The notes beneath the pieces are model-generated. The model saw only the letters and a list, made by a program, of their open reading frames with translations. It did no database searches and was not told the origin of the DNA. The position numbers and the translations under genes were made by a program. A stretch of DNA of 64,000 nt, taken from contig KV454016.1 in NCBI GenBank assembly GCA_001661245.1, forward strand, positions 990,268 through 1,054,267, given 5' to 3'. Positions 50,770-63,077 of this stretch are shown piece by piece. Numbering within the stretch: the first letter of the stretch is position 1; each line of letters starts with the position of its first letter. This DNA comes from Pachysolen tannophilus NRRL Y-2460 (lineage: Eukaryota).

Positions 50770-51791
50770 ATGGTTTCTCCATCTAATAGTAATTTATCGG
50801 CGATAAACCAATACTTCAATTTGCTGAAGACTTTTTTACCTGTCTTTGATGGTTATCCACCTGCATTTACTTCTGGGTTTGTTGTGTTTTTAGTGCTAAT
50901 ATATATATTAAGTTTTTTCACATCGATTAATGATAAGATTGCATTGAACCCATGGGCTCCATTTAACTTTGATTGTAAGTATTTGAAAAAAAAAAAAATT
51001 TTTTTTAAAGTGAATGATGATCGAGAGATACTAACTATATTTTTTTTGCTTCTTTACTGGTAATCAATTGATATATAGTGAATAGAATTTCAATGTACCC
51101 ACTTGGACATGTTTCATTTTTCCATTTATTATTCAATATTATTGCAATTGTAACTCCATTATCAAATTTTGAAAAAGAAAATGGAACGGTTCATACCGGA
51201 ATTGTATTGAATATACTTGCTACAGTTACAGCTTTACCTTATTGTTTATTGGGGATAATTTTTTATCCAAATACAGAAGTATTAGGAGCAAGTGCATGGT
51301 GTTTTTCATTTGCAGCATATGAAGCTCATAAACAAAGTTTATTAAAACCAAGCATTATAATTACTCCAACTTTTGTGATTCCAACTATTTATTCACCATT
51401 TGTGTTTTTAATACTTATAGCTGTTATAGCACCACATTCAAGTTTTATGGGTCATTTATTTGGTATATTGGCTGGATATGCTTTAAGTTTTGGATATTTA
51501 ACAAAATTAATTGAACCACCTTCAAAAATTGTACAATTTATTGAAAAAAAAATAGATACTTTAATTAATTTAATTCCTCCACAATTTAGATATTATAGAG
51601 AAATTGAAGTTAAAGTATTACGTGATGAAAAATTGAAAACACATGTAAGCATTTCAGATTCAATATTACCAACACATCATACTGCTAATAATATTACTGC
51701 TGATACAAATAGTAGAAATGTTGGAAGCTCAGATGGACAAGCAAGAAGACATACATTTAGTGGTCTGGGTCATATATTGGGCGCATCCTGA
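50770..51791 (+). CDS. RBD2: Rhomboid protease Rbd2; intron 50975-51078
   Basis: YPLGHVSFFHLLFN, GASAW catalytic Ser, SSFMGHLFG; GTAAGT/TACTAAC/TAG. Confidence 0.9.
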
Positions 51792-51829
51792 AAAAAAATG
51801 AAAAAAAGAAAAAAAAAGACATTAACTTT

Positions 51830-51862
<33 letters not shown>

Positions 51863-52308
51863 CATAGATGGTTATGGAGAGTGGGCGGGGGATGGAAGTT
51901 GAGGAAAAGGAAAAGTAATTTTAACTGATTAACGTGAAGAAAGACTATAAAAAATAGACTTTACAATTAGTGGATAGCTCTAAACGGTTCCTTGGTGATG
52001 AAAACTTATGTTAATCTGTTCATATATATTTATATATAAAAATTGTGCTATGGGCAAAAAGCACTCGTCATTATGGTTTAGATAGTAATGAAGATAACAA
52101 CAATAAATTTATAATAGAACTATGGATTATCACTTGATAAGACTGTACACTAATAGGCGAAAAGAAAGTATTAAAATTCTAGTAATTGTTGTCTTTTTTT
52201 TTTGATACTTTTATTAAATTTTAATTTATATATATATATATTTCTCCAATGTCTTTTTTACAACTATAATATATTTATCATCTTTTAAAATAAAATATAC
52301 AAAACTCA

Positions 52309-53139
52309 ATGGTTAAAAAACTTTCTTTTAAAGGAGATCAGAGTTCTGAGAAGAAGAAGAAGAAAAGAAGTCGCCGTGATTCTGTTTCGGACTTGGAATC
52401 ATCTTCATTAAAGAAAAAACTGAAAACTCCAGATCCAAATGATATAATTGTTATAAATAATAAATTGACAGACATAAACACATTAGAACCAAGTTCACTT
52501 GAAACTGGATGGACTACAGCTAATTATATTGGAGATCTTAGTGGTCCAATAATTATAATTCCAGAATCTCAGAAATTGGATTTAGAAAATAAACCTTTAT
52601 GTTTATCGATAAATGGAACCACTGATCAGTTGGAGTTTTCTTCAAATTTACAAAGTTTAGAAAATACAATAAATTTTAGTAATTATGAAGATGATAATTT
52701 AACTAAATTGGAACCTTTAGAGAAAAATCAAGTTTTCATTTTAACCAATGTAGTAAACTTGATAGGAACGAAACAAGAAAAGTTAGATTCAAAATTGAAT
52801 AAATCTAATTCTGTTAAATTATCTATAAAGACTTTTAAAAATAAATATTTAACTCTTAAAAATGGTACCAATGATGAAATTGCTGGTGATTCCAATGTGT
52901 TGACCAATAATGAAATTTTCAAATTTGTAAAGAATGAAGATAAAGTTTCAAATAAAATAACATGGCAAATACGAAGTATTAATGATGATAAGAAATTGAT
53001 TTTTCTTAAAAATAATAAATTAAGATTGATTAAAGATGAAGAAGATTTACTTGATGATCTTAGTTTGTTCACAATTAGAATACAAATTCAAAATAGTGTC
53101 ATGAGTAAAAAAGTTAGATTATTAAGAAAAGAAAGTTAA
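52309..53139 (+). CDS. FRG1-like protein (tentative)
   Basis: MVKKLSFKGD..KKKKKR basic N-terminus, GWTTA, SIKTFKNKYL fascin-like repeat. Confidence 0.5.
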   Translation: MVKKLSFKGDQSSEKKKKKRSRRDSVSDLESSSLKKKLKTPDPNDIIVINNKLTDINTLEPSSLETGWTTANYIGDLSGPIIIIPESQKLDLENKPLCLSINGTTDQLEFSSNLQSLENTINFSNYEDDNLTKLEPLEKNQVFILTNVVNLIGTKQEKLDSKLNKSNSVKLSIKTFKNKYLTLKNGTNDEIAGDSNVLTNNEIFKFVKNEDKVSNKITWQIRSINDDKKLIFLKNNKLRLIKDEEDLLDDLSLFTIRIQIQNSVMSKKVRLLRKES

Positions 53140-53196
53140 AAAAAGCTTGTAATGATATATAAAAAGAATACATTTTTTTCATTATTTTAATTTAAT

Positions 53197-53841
53197 TTAA
53201 TTTAATTCATAAAATCTTTCAATATCATCTCTAAGATTTATTTTACTACCATCATCTTTTTTCTCACTATTTTCTTTCTTGGTCAATCCTATTATAAAAT
53301 CAACAATTAATTCTATCCCCATTTTCTCATTTGAATCATCATCTGTAATACCACTTTTTATAATAATATCACTCTCGGATTTCCCAATTATATCGTCTCT
53401 AGTCATCAAATGGAGCTGTATTACTTCACTCAATTTGGCATTTTTCTCATCCACAGGTATCCCTTCAGAACATAATCCTTCTCTTTTAATAAGTCTAATC
53501 AATCTCGTATCCTTATCACAGGAGACAAAAATCTTAATTGAAGATCTCAGCCTTAAATTCTTATCATATAATGCAAAAATTCCATTTATTATTATAATAT
53601 CTCCATTTCCACGGCATAAATCAATATCTTCAAGAAGATGATCAAATTTATAATTCGACACCTTCAATGGTGGCTCGTTATCAATACAATATTCTTCTGA
53701 ATTGTCTAAATCAACTTCAGTAATTTTTACTTGGTTATCTAATAATTTCGATAATTTATCCTTGATGGATCTACTTAAGGTTTTCTTCCCGCTACCATTC
53801 CCTCCACCTATTAAAATGATTATCTTATCACCTTCTTCCAT
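53197..53841 (-). CDS. DAS2: Uridine-kinase-like protein Das2
   Basis: IILIGGGNGSGKK P-loop, GIFALYD, IKIFVSCDKDTRLIRLI; divergent from FAL1. Confidence 0.75.
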   Translation of the reverse strand: MEEGDKIIILIGGGNGSGKKTLSRSIKDKLSKLLDNQVKITEVDLDNSEEYCIDNEPPLKVSNYKFDHLLEDIDLCRGNGDIIIINGIFALYDKNLRLRSSIKIFVSCDKDTRLIRLIKREGLCSEGIPVDEKNAKLSEVIQLHLMTRDDIIGKSESDIIIKSGITDDDSNEKMGIELIVDFIIGLTKKENSEKKDDGSKINLRDDIERFYELN

Positions 53842-54073
53842 CACCTCTTTCTTTTCAAAGAACTCACTCTTAGTACCTAATATAATGGTTACTTTAAATT
53901 ATAAGTAATTCTATCTTATTGATATGATAATTCTGTATACCCAAATTTTTCTATTACAATTTTTTTTGCATTTTTTTTTTTTTAGCATTTTTCATTTTTC
54001 AATTTTTCACTTTTTTTTTAATTAAATTGAGTTGAATTTATTTAATTCACAAGTTCATTAGTTGGAAAAGGAA

Positions 54074-55264
54074 ATGGAGTTTGACGAAGAGCTGGATGCT
54101 AATCTAGAGTTTAAATCTTCTAAAAATGTTGGTATTTACCAGACGTTTGAAGATATGAATTTGAAAGATACTTTATTGAAAGGTATATTTAGTTCTGGTT
54201 TTGAAAGACCTAGTTCTATTCAGTCGAGAGCTATAATGGAGATAATTAACGGTAAAGATGTTATTGCTCAATCACAATCTGGTACAGGTAAGACTGCCAC
54301 GTTTAGTATTGGACTGTTGGAAGTTATTGATACCAAGAAACGAGATTGTCAAGCGATTGTACTTTCTCCAACAAGAGAATTGGCTCAACAGATTCAAAAT
54401 GTTGTGAGTAGTCTTGGTGATTATATGAATGTTAAGACGCATGCGTGTATAGGTGGTACAAGTGTTGGTCAGGACATCAGGGCGTTAGAGAGTGGGCAAC
54501 ATATAGTAAGTGGTACACCAGGTAGAGTTTTAGATATGATTAAAAGAAGAAGTTTAAGTATAAGACATGTTCAAATATTGATATTGGATGAAGCAGATGA
54601 ATTACTTTCAAAAGGTTTTAAAGAACAAATTAAAAATATTTATGCGTTATTACCTAAATCTACACAAGTTGTTGTTGTTAGTGCAACACTTCCAAGAGAT
54701 GTTTTACAAATTACTAAAGAATTTATGAAAGATCCACTGAAAATTTTGGTTAAAAGAGATGAAATAACTTTAGAAGGTATAAAGCAATATTTTATTGATG
54801 TTTCTGAAGAAAAATGGAAATTTGATACTTTATGTGATTTATATGATTCTTTAACTATTACTCAAGCAGTAATTTTTTGTAATACAAAGAAAAAAGTAGA
54901 TTGGTTATCTGATGCTTTAAAAAAATCAAATTTCACAGTTGCTGCAATACATGGTGATATGAAACAAGATGAAAGAGATAAGATAATGAACGAGTTTAGA
55001 TTAGGAAATTCAAGAGTATTAATTTCAACAGATGTTTGGGCTAGAGGTATTGATGTTCAACAAGTTTCATTGGTTATTAATTACGACTTACCATTTGATA
55101 GAGAAAACTATATTCACAGAATTGGAAGGTCTGGCAGATTTGGAAGAAAAGGTGTTGCCATAAACTTTGTTACCGATGAGGATAAGAATACTTTGGACGA
55201 AATACAACACTATTACAGTACTCATATTCAAGAAATGCCATCTAACCTCAACGATATATTGTAA
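54074..55264 (+). CDS. FAL1: eIF4AIII-like DEAD-box helicase Fal1
   Basis: [47 protein letters not shown] (reverse) at ~54001-54009. Confidence 0.93.
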   Translation: MEFDEELDANLEFKSSKNVGIYQTFEDMNLKDTLLKGIFSSGFERPSSIQSRAIMEIINGKDVIAQSQSGTGKTATFSIGLLEVIDTKKRDCQAIVLSPTRELAQQIQNVVSSLGDYMNVKTHACIGGTSVGQDIRALESGQHIVSGTPGRVLDMIKRRSLSIRHVQILILDEADELLSKGFKEQIKNIYALLPKSTQVVVVSATLPRDVLQITKEFMKDPLKILVKRDEITLEGIKQYFIDVSEEKWKFDTLCDLYDSLTITQAVIFCNTKKKVDWLSDALKKSNFTVAAIHGDMKQDERDKIMNEFRLGNSRVLISTDVWARGIDVQQVSLVINYDLPFDRENYIHRIGRSGRFGRKGVAINFVTDEDKNTLDEIQHYYSTHIQEMPSNLNDIL

Positions 55265-55929
55265 TAAGAAAGTGCTTTTTTTTTGGCTTTCTTTTGGCTT
55301 GTCCTACCACTTTATACTTCTTTAATATTTTCAAATCTTCTACTACAGAAATAATATCCGTTTATTAACCATTTTTGTTTCGTTATCAATCAATTTATCT
55401 ATATAGACTATTCTTTAACTCTTATCTATCTTAGCATCAGCCACCAATTACCTTAATAGTACACGCAATACGCGAATAAGCAAGCAGACAGCGCGCTTTG
55501 AGCATGCACTCACACACACTTGCGCACATGCTCACTTACTAAAAAAAAAGCACCTTCCTAAAACGGTAATAAATAGATAAAATCTATGCGTAAGCCACAT
55601 AAACCAGCCACAGAGCATAGTTTTTTAAATTTTTTTTTGATTTTTATCACACAAAAACTGGAAAAGTAAATAAAAACAATACGAAAACAAAAAGAAGGTT
55701 TAAAAGTAAAATATAATATAGAAACGGATTTTGAAGGCATATTAGCCTATAGTTGGTTTGAGAAGGGTGTATAGTTATTAATTCATTTCTTACTGATTGA
55801 TATTAGTTGAGTGATTGAGTGATTGATGTGTGGTTTTTTTTTTTTTTTTTTTATTAGTTTTAAAAATAAGGATAAATTGTTAATTATATGCTGAGTCTTT
55901 GGTAGAACATAGTATTTAATTGATATAAG

Positions 55930-56464
55930 ATGATAAAGGGCTATTGTGATGGTTCTAAGATAAGTCTACTGCTGCCGAGTGATATTTTGACATTGCAAGA
56001 ATTGGAGTTATCAAACAAACGGAAATCGCTTAAACCTGTTGAATTTAATAATGAAAATATGTTAAAGGATAATAATAATAATAATTTACCGCTGTTGGAT
56101 GGTAGCAATTATAACAGCGGTAATGGTAGTGGTAAAATGTCACCGAGAAAGAAAACTTTAGCAAGGCTCAGATCGCATAATGAAGTTAATAAGAAAGAAG
56201 AAGGAACAAAAATTGATATATCAAAGAGTAAAAGATCAAGATTGCACGATAAGTTGAGTTTATGGAAATCAGATACAAATCATGAAAATGGAAATAATGG
56301 TAAACAAAAATTATTTCATGCCAAAAGTGGATTATCTTTGAGGAAAAGTACTTCTTTTACAAGAGGTAAACAAAGTATAGATGAAGATTCTCAAAAGGTG
56401 AATGCTCCAATTATAGAGCACGGGAAAAAAAATATTGCTAAAACTTCCAACTCCAATATCAAAA

Positions 56465-56499
<35 letters not shown>

Positions 56500-58005
56500 A
56501 ATGCTGCAATTTTTAAAGTTAAGAAAACACCAGTGACATCTTCAATTGAGAAAAATTTAAAATTACAAAATGATAAGCAAAAACCAATTACTAGTACTAC
56601 TGTTTTAGATGATAAAATATCTTTATTTTCGTTTAATAAAGCTAAGATAACAGCTTTTGAAAATGGATCATCATTAGCGAATGATGATATGCCTTCATCA
56701 TTTGACGTAAGTTTTAATTCTTTGGACAAAGTTATAGGGCATGGATTTTTCGAAATATATCAAATTCATGGAGGTTCTGTAACCTATTTACAATGTGGTT
56801 CAGTTGTTTATCCATTATTACCAAAATTGAAAATATTAAGAACAAGTTTAAATCAATTTATTCTTTTCTTATCAAATCCTGAAAGATATTGGCAAATTTT
56901 TATATGTTGTCGGGATACTAAAGTTTTAAAATCTTTAGAAAATTCTTTTAAAAAAGTTTGTAAATATAGGGATTTATATGTTCCATTTCTCAACGAAGAA
57001 GACGAATTACAGGTAAAGGAACTACAGCTAAAGGAACAACAGGTAAAGGAACCACAAGAAAGGAACCGACAATTCAAGACAACTTCACCAATTGTAAGAG
57101 AAAACTCTAAGAAATCAATATCTTCAATTACATCAGAAATGGCATGCTTTAATATAAACTATAAGGATAATCTTAAAACTCCAAATAATTTCACATCATC
57201 ATCAACACCTCCAGCTAAAATAAATCCAAGTCCACAAAATTTTAATTTTAAACAACCAACAAATATGCCAATTATTAAAAGAGTTTCATCAAATACTTCA
57301 TCTTTAGACTCAGAATTGGATGAATTACAAGAAATAACAAATGGTACATTAAATCAACCCAGATCCAAATCTTCTTCTGTTGTCACTAGTGATATTCAGT
57401 CTATAGATAAACAGATAAATATTAAAAAACATCAATGGAATCCTAAAAATCCGCGTTCAAGACCTTCTTTAGATTTTGTTAAATCTACTCCAAAGTTATC
57501 ACCAAAATCGAGTTTCGCCATTTCGGTAGATAATAGAAATTCAAGCTTTGATACTTTGCATTCAAAACATAATTCCTTATATATACTGGAATCAAGTTGG
57601 ATGGACCCAGATGATGGAATAGACGTGACGTATAAGGAATTTTCAAACGATGAAGAATCAAATTCCACTACAATCTTAAAACGTTCCCCAAATAGTAGCA
57701 GGACTGTTTATAAAAATTTAGAATTTATTCCTCCTAAAAGATTTTCTTCTGCTTTTCCCTCTGAATCAAATAAAGGGCCAGCGGCTATAAAAGACAATAG
57801 ACGATCAACAACTGACTCTACGTTATTCGTTCCCACTCAAGAGAGTAGATTGACCGATTACAAACGTGAACTCAAGCAACTTTCTACAAGAGGTTTAAAG
57901 TTAGATAGGAATGAAGTAAAAGGGTTATTAATGGACAGCAATGAAGAAGAACAAACTAAGCTATACAAAAGACAATCCATAATTGGTAAAATTTGGGGAT
58001 GGTGA
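55930..58005 (+). CDS. INP1: Peroxisome inheritance protein Inp1-like
   Basis: Central domain GHGFFEIYQIH..TYLQCGSVVYPLLPKLKILR; neighbour of TOM40. Confidence 0.65.
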
Positions 58006-58547
58006 TTATTTTTTGTATTGTGGTAATTTTTTTTTTTTTCTCTCTCTCTCTTTCGTTTTTTTCGGAAATGTATATTAGTTTAATTAAATTCCAGGTTTTT
58101 CCTCCTTTGTATTAACAGTTAAAGTTTATTTACCATATATATGATTATTTTTTAGTTGTTTTTGTACAGGTTGTACAATGTTCTTTTACCTTTATATATT
58201 TTATTATTTAAATAAATAATAAAAAAGTATAGAGTTTATTCAAAGCTCGAGTTATATATACACTAAAATTTTCATTAAACTTCTTAAGAAAATGCTAAAA
58301 CCAAAAGCTTAACATATATAGATAAAACTTGAATTATACTTAGACATTAAGGAATAGTCTTTTTTGAGCAAAAAGAAAAAGAAAACAAAAAACTATAAAA
58401 AATAAGAAGATAAAAAGTAAGTACCTTATCTTTTTTTATTATTTGCCTTCAATTTTCTTTTATCATATTTAAAATTTTTTTTTTTTTTTTGTCTTTTTTT
58501 AAATTTAACTAAATTTTCATTTTTTAACTTCACTTCGAACTAATTAT

Positions 58548-58661
58548 TTACAATTGTTGAACACCTGGAATTGGGTTACCATTTTGATCAATCAAACCTT
58601 GTTGCATCATCATCAATTGTTCGGAACCAGCAGTTTCAAATTGTAAGCCCAAACCTAATCT
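58548..58661 (-). CDS. TOM40: Tom40 C-terminal 37 codons plus stop, detached by the inversion
   Basis: Minus-strand translation RLGLGLQFETAGSEQLMMMQQGLIDQNGNPIPGVQQL*. Confidence 0.93.
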   Translation of the reverse strand, partial: RLGLGLQFETAGSEQLMMMQQGLIDQNGNPIPGVQQL

Positions 58662-58806
58662 GATTTATTCATAATAGAATATCAATCAAAAGGTTATTTA
58701 TCAATTAATTTCATTTCTTTTGTTTTGGTTTTTGGTTTTTTTTTTTATTTATTCTTTTTTTTTTTTTTTTGTGTATATATAGAAATATCAAATTTTCATC
58801 ATTAAT

Positions 58807-59847
58807 ATGAGTTCTACAGTTCCATTAGGTGATTTATCGAAATTGAGTATTTCGGGTTTACCAGGTGTCACACCCTCGAAACCAAGCCCAGAAGGATTTT
58901 GGTCTGCTAATCCAATTTATTCATATTTGAATAATGTTTATACAAAAGTTTCAAGTCACCGTGCTTCTTTAAATTTGGAAAATCCAGGTACTATTGAAAA
59001 TTTGAATAAAGAAGTTAGTAGAGATGTTTTTTTAAATCAATATTTTTTCACAGGTTTAAGAGCTGATTTAAATAAAGCTTTTATAATGAATCCAGTTTTC
59101 CAAGTTTCTCATACTTTATCTGTTGGATCACAAACTATTCCTCCATATGCTTTTAGTGCATTATATGCTAACGATAAAGCTTTTATTCAAGGTAATATTG
59201 ATAATGATCTTTCACTTTCAGGTAGATATAATTATACTTGGGATAAACATAACACTTCAAAATTGACTTTACAAATAGCTAAAGGTCAACCAACTATGGT
59301 TCAATTGGAACAAGATTATCAAGGTTATGATTATTCAATCAATTTCAAATCTTTAAATCCTTCATTTTTGGATGGTCAATTCACAGGTGTTGTTGTTGGT
59401 TCTTTATTGCAATCAATCACTCCAAAATTGGCTTTGGGTCTTGAAACTGTATACTCTGTTCAACCACAATATCCAGGCGATGCCGCTATTTCATATGTTG
59501 CCCGTTACAATCACGGCGACTGGATCGCCTCTGCCCAATTACAAGGTCAAGGATCTTTAATTGCATCTTTCTGGAGAAAAGTTTCAGATAAACTTGAGGC
59601 TGGTTTAGAAACTCAGATTCAAACATCTGTAAGACCAATTACTGATTCATTAATGGGCCAAACAATTGGAATTGAACCTGTTGTTGAAGGTGTCACTACC
59701 ATTGGTGCAAAATATGAATTTAGACAATCTGTTTTTAGAGGTCAATTAGATTCTCAAGGAAAAGTTTCTTGCTTTTTAGAAAAAAGAGTCTTGCCAACAA
59801 TTTCAATCTTATTCAGTGGTGAATTAGACAACTTCAAATCAACTTCA
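58807..59847 (+). CDS. TOM40: Tom40 mitochondrial import channel, N-terminal 347 codons inside the inverted segment; the ORF beyond 59847 is spurious
   Basis: NPGTIENLNKEVSRDVFL, GAKYEFRQSVFRGQLDS, ends GELDNFKSTS then runs into Phe-rich non-coding sequence. Confidence 0.93.
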
Positions 59848-60090
59848 TTCTTCTTTTTAAAAAAAATTAGATTCTTCAATTTATTAAAAAAAAGATTTAA
59901 AAATTGTTATCAACTTTCTTTTCTTTTCTTCCTTTCTTTCTTTCTTTTCTTCTTGCTAGGTTTCAACCTTCTTCTGGTCAATTTTTATTGTCGAATGAAA
60001 AATTTTATTTTTTTTTACTTTTTTGAATTTTTGTTAAGTGCTACACGACCTATGTTTTTCTCTCTTTTTTTCCATCTTTTTTTGGGCGGT

Positions 60091-60145
60091 TACTGGGCGG
60101 CAACTGGGCGGCTACTGGAGAGCTACTGGAGAGCTACTGGGCGGC
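60091..60145. repeat. GC-rich 11-bp tandem repeat, 5 copies
   Basis: tactgggcggc aactgggcggc tactggagagc tactggagagc tactgggcggc. Confidence 0.9.
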
Positions 60146-60327
60146 GGCAGCGTCCGCATCCCCAATTGAGGGGGGGAGGAGACAACTAAAGCGGAATCAG
60201 TGCTAAATGCGGGTACTAGCACTGGCACTAGCATTGGTACTGGTACTGGTACTGGCGGTAGTGCTTGGCCGTAGTGTTTAGCCGTGGTTGTGCCGGAGGA
60301 GGTGGTGAATAAACTCTTTTTCTGCTT

Positions 60328-61265
60328 TCAGGACACTGTCAGATCCGCCGAGGGTTCAAGGTGAGAATGTTCTGGAGCTTCCAGATCTGGAGCTTCCAGG
60401 TCTGGCATTAAGATATCGTTGTTTTCTTCACCTTTGATTGCCGGTGTTTCAGTAGCAGCGGGTTCTGTAGTTTCTTGATCCATTGGATCTGTACCTTGTT
60501 TTTCATCCAGTTTGTCATCTGGTTCAGCATCTGGTTCAGCGCTGCTGGTTGTAATAATATCTTGATCCAATTCCAATTTCAATTCTGGTAATTGTATTCT
60601 TTCACCAACGGATTCTCTAAAATTTAACAATAAAGATCTAAAAAGTATTTTGGTTAAAACGTTAGTATAATTCTGTCCCAAAACTTTAAAAAATATTGAT
60701 TATTTGGAAATTATAACTTACTTTTTCTTTTCGATATTTTCATTTACTCTATTTATTCTTGAAATTCTTTCTTCATGAGATTCATCTAACCCGTCGATAT
60801 CACAAAGCAATGCTTTAATCTTTGCAATTCTAATCCTTAATCGTCCAGCCTATAACACATAACATGGGATCGAGTTAGTAATTTACAGTTTTTTTTTTAT
60901 TTACCAACAATAAAAGAAAAAAGACATACCGCATTTTCAAAATCTTTTGGAGATAATTTCCCCTTTTTCACATCTTCAATCAATTCCAATAATACGGGAA
61001 TTAATTCCATCTGTTTGATCTCTTTCAATGATTCATGAGCATTTTCTAATTTCTGTAAGAGTTTTTCATCTTCTGAATCTATATCTTTGGGCACCTTCCC
61101 ATCATCAATATCATCATTATTTGTGGAACCAGCATTAAATTCATGCTGTGGTTGAATTTTAGGACTACCACTTGTACTAGCATTTGCACTCGCACTGGCA
61201 CTATCATTCACGCTGGCACTGCCACGAACAATATTCTGAGCTAAAGGACTGCTTCTTGAAGCCAT
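60328..61265 (-). CDS. CSE2: Mediator subunit Med9/Cse2; introns 60929-60850 and 60721-60638
   Basis: Spliced LIPVLLELIEDVKKGKLSPKDFENAAGRLRIRIAKIKALL..DGLDESHEERI..KKKSLL; GTATGT and GTAAGT donors, two TACTAAC branches, TAG acceptors. Confidence 0.75.
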
Positions 61266-61720
61266 TCTGTCTTGGAATTTATCAAATATGGTTTTAAAAA
61301 TCAATGTTTTTGTTGTTATTGAAAATGAAATTAAAATTAAAATTAAAAGGCGGGAAAATTGAAATCCAAGCCGCCGCCAGTCTGGCCAGTCTGTCTCGTC
61401 TAACCGCCTATTTGGCCCACCTGGCCAGTCCTGGATGCTTGGACCGCCCTTCTTCCCCCCAAAAAAAAAAAAAAACTCTCCTATGGTGAAAGCTGCCAAG
61501 CCAACCACTTTTACAGGCGAAAAGAAGAAGAAGAAGAAAAAAACGTCTAGCCGGCAGTAGCTGGGCTTTAGGTGGGCCTTAGCTGACTTTGCTAGTTAGG
61601 CGGGAACTTTTGGCGGAAAGAATAGCGGAAAATCGGAACAAAAAAATTTATTTTTCCAATTTAATTTTGGTCGTGTTTGAGTTACAACTTTTTCCCTTTT
61701 TGTGTTTGTTCTCTCGTTCT

Positions 61721-61728
61721 TCGTTTAG
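61721..61728 (+). promoter_or_regulatory. Putative Upc2/Ecm22 sterol-response element upstream of ERG2
   Basis: TCGTTTAG matches the TCGTTYAG element ~110 bp before ERG2. Confidence 0.45.
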
Positions 61729-61830
61729 AAAGGCCATTTTGCCCAAGTATAAAAGATGTTGAAAAGAAGTTGAAAAGAAGTTGTTGTTATTGTTGTTATT
61801 GTTATTGTTGTGAGAAGACTTTAGAGGAAG

Positions 61831-62484
61831 ATGAAGTTATTTTATTGGGTGGTAGTGCCTTATTTGGTGTATTTAGGATTCAACTGGTTATTTTACAACT
61901 GGTTACCTCAATTTTATGTTTTTGATCCAATTGTTTTACAAGAACTTTCCAAGAAAGCTATTTCTAATAATCCAAATGGTAATATTACAAATATTTTCCA
62001 AGATTTAACTTTATTATTACAACAAGAGTATGGGGATTTAGTCAACGATTACAATCCGAATAATTTTTTTTTCAATAATGCTGGTAATGCAATGGGTACG
62101 ATGCATATTCTTCATGCTTCAATATCGGAATATGTAATTTTTTTCGGTACTGCTATTGGTACTGAAGGTCATAGTGGTCTTCACTTTGCTGATGATTACT
62201 TCACCATCTTGAAAGGAGAACAAAGAGCTGCTCGTGCCGATTCGTTGGTTCCTGAAGTATATAAACCAGGTGATCAACACCATTTAGTCAAGGGTAACTC
62301 GAAACAATATGCAATGCCTGGAGAATCTTTTGCCTTGGAATTAGCACAAGGATGGGTTCCTTCAATGTTACCCTTTGGATTCTTGGACTGTATCGCATCA
62401 ACACTAGATTTCCCAACTTTTATCAAAACCGCTCGTTTGACAGGTTACGATATGATTAGAAACTTATTACGCGGTAAGTTTTAA
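61831..62484 (+). CDS. ERG2: C-8 sterol isomerase
   Basis: [46 protein letters not shown]. Confidence 0.96.
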   Translation: MKLFYWVVVPYLVYLGFNWLFYNWLPQFYVFDPIVLQELSKKAISNNPNGNITNIFQDLTLLLQQEYGDLVNDYNPNNFFFNNAGNAMGTMHILHASISEYVIFFGTAIGTEGHSGLHFADDYFTILKGEQRAARADSLVPEVYKPGDQHHLVKGNSKQYAMPGESFALELAQGWVPSMLPFGFLDCIASTLDFPTFIKTARLTGYDMIRNLLRGKF

Positions 62485-63013
62485 TACAAACAAAAACAAA
62501 AACTTGAAAAATTTTTCAAGTTTTTATTCTCTTTGTAAAATTAAACTTCTTAGAAACATTGTAGTATATAGCAAACTCCATAGATTTTTAATAATATTAT
62601 TATAGATATATGTATGGGTCTTACCGGTTATTTTACATCCTAAAACGGTTTCCAATATACAAACCATACAACATGCCATGTCATGTCATCTCATTGATTT
62701 TTTACCTTTAAATTTTTATAACTAGTTTCCGGCCCGGGATTTTCGTGGTGTGTTGAAGTAGATTTTTTTTATGTCTTCTTCTTAACAGAACATCATCTGA
62801 TATCTTTTCTCCCCAAAATTTAAAAAGAAAATAGATGTAAGCCCATAATTTCTAATTGATCAGTGTCATCTTCATAGTGATCAATTGGTCCATCTGTTGA
62901 AATTTATTTTGAATCTATATATAACGGTGGATTTGGATAAATTATTAATTGTTAGTTGTTGTTGTGGTTTCAAATTAATTTAATTTTTTTCTTTTTTTAC
63001 AATTTGGCTCATC

Positions 63014-63053
<40 letters not shown>

Positions 63054-63077
63054 TTTTAAATTTTTTTAGAAGAAGCT

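Noticed and set aside
59848..60189. C-terminal 113 aa of the 460-aa TOM40 ORF as a novel hydrophobic extension
   Set aside because: It is the reverse of an A-rich promoter read through after the inversion breakpoint; the real C-terminus is at 58661-58548.
60897..61508. 203-aa ORF start at 61508
   Set aside because: Non-ATG start and a promoter-like upstream part; the gene begins at ATG 61265 and is spliced at 60929.
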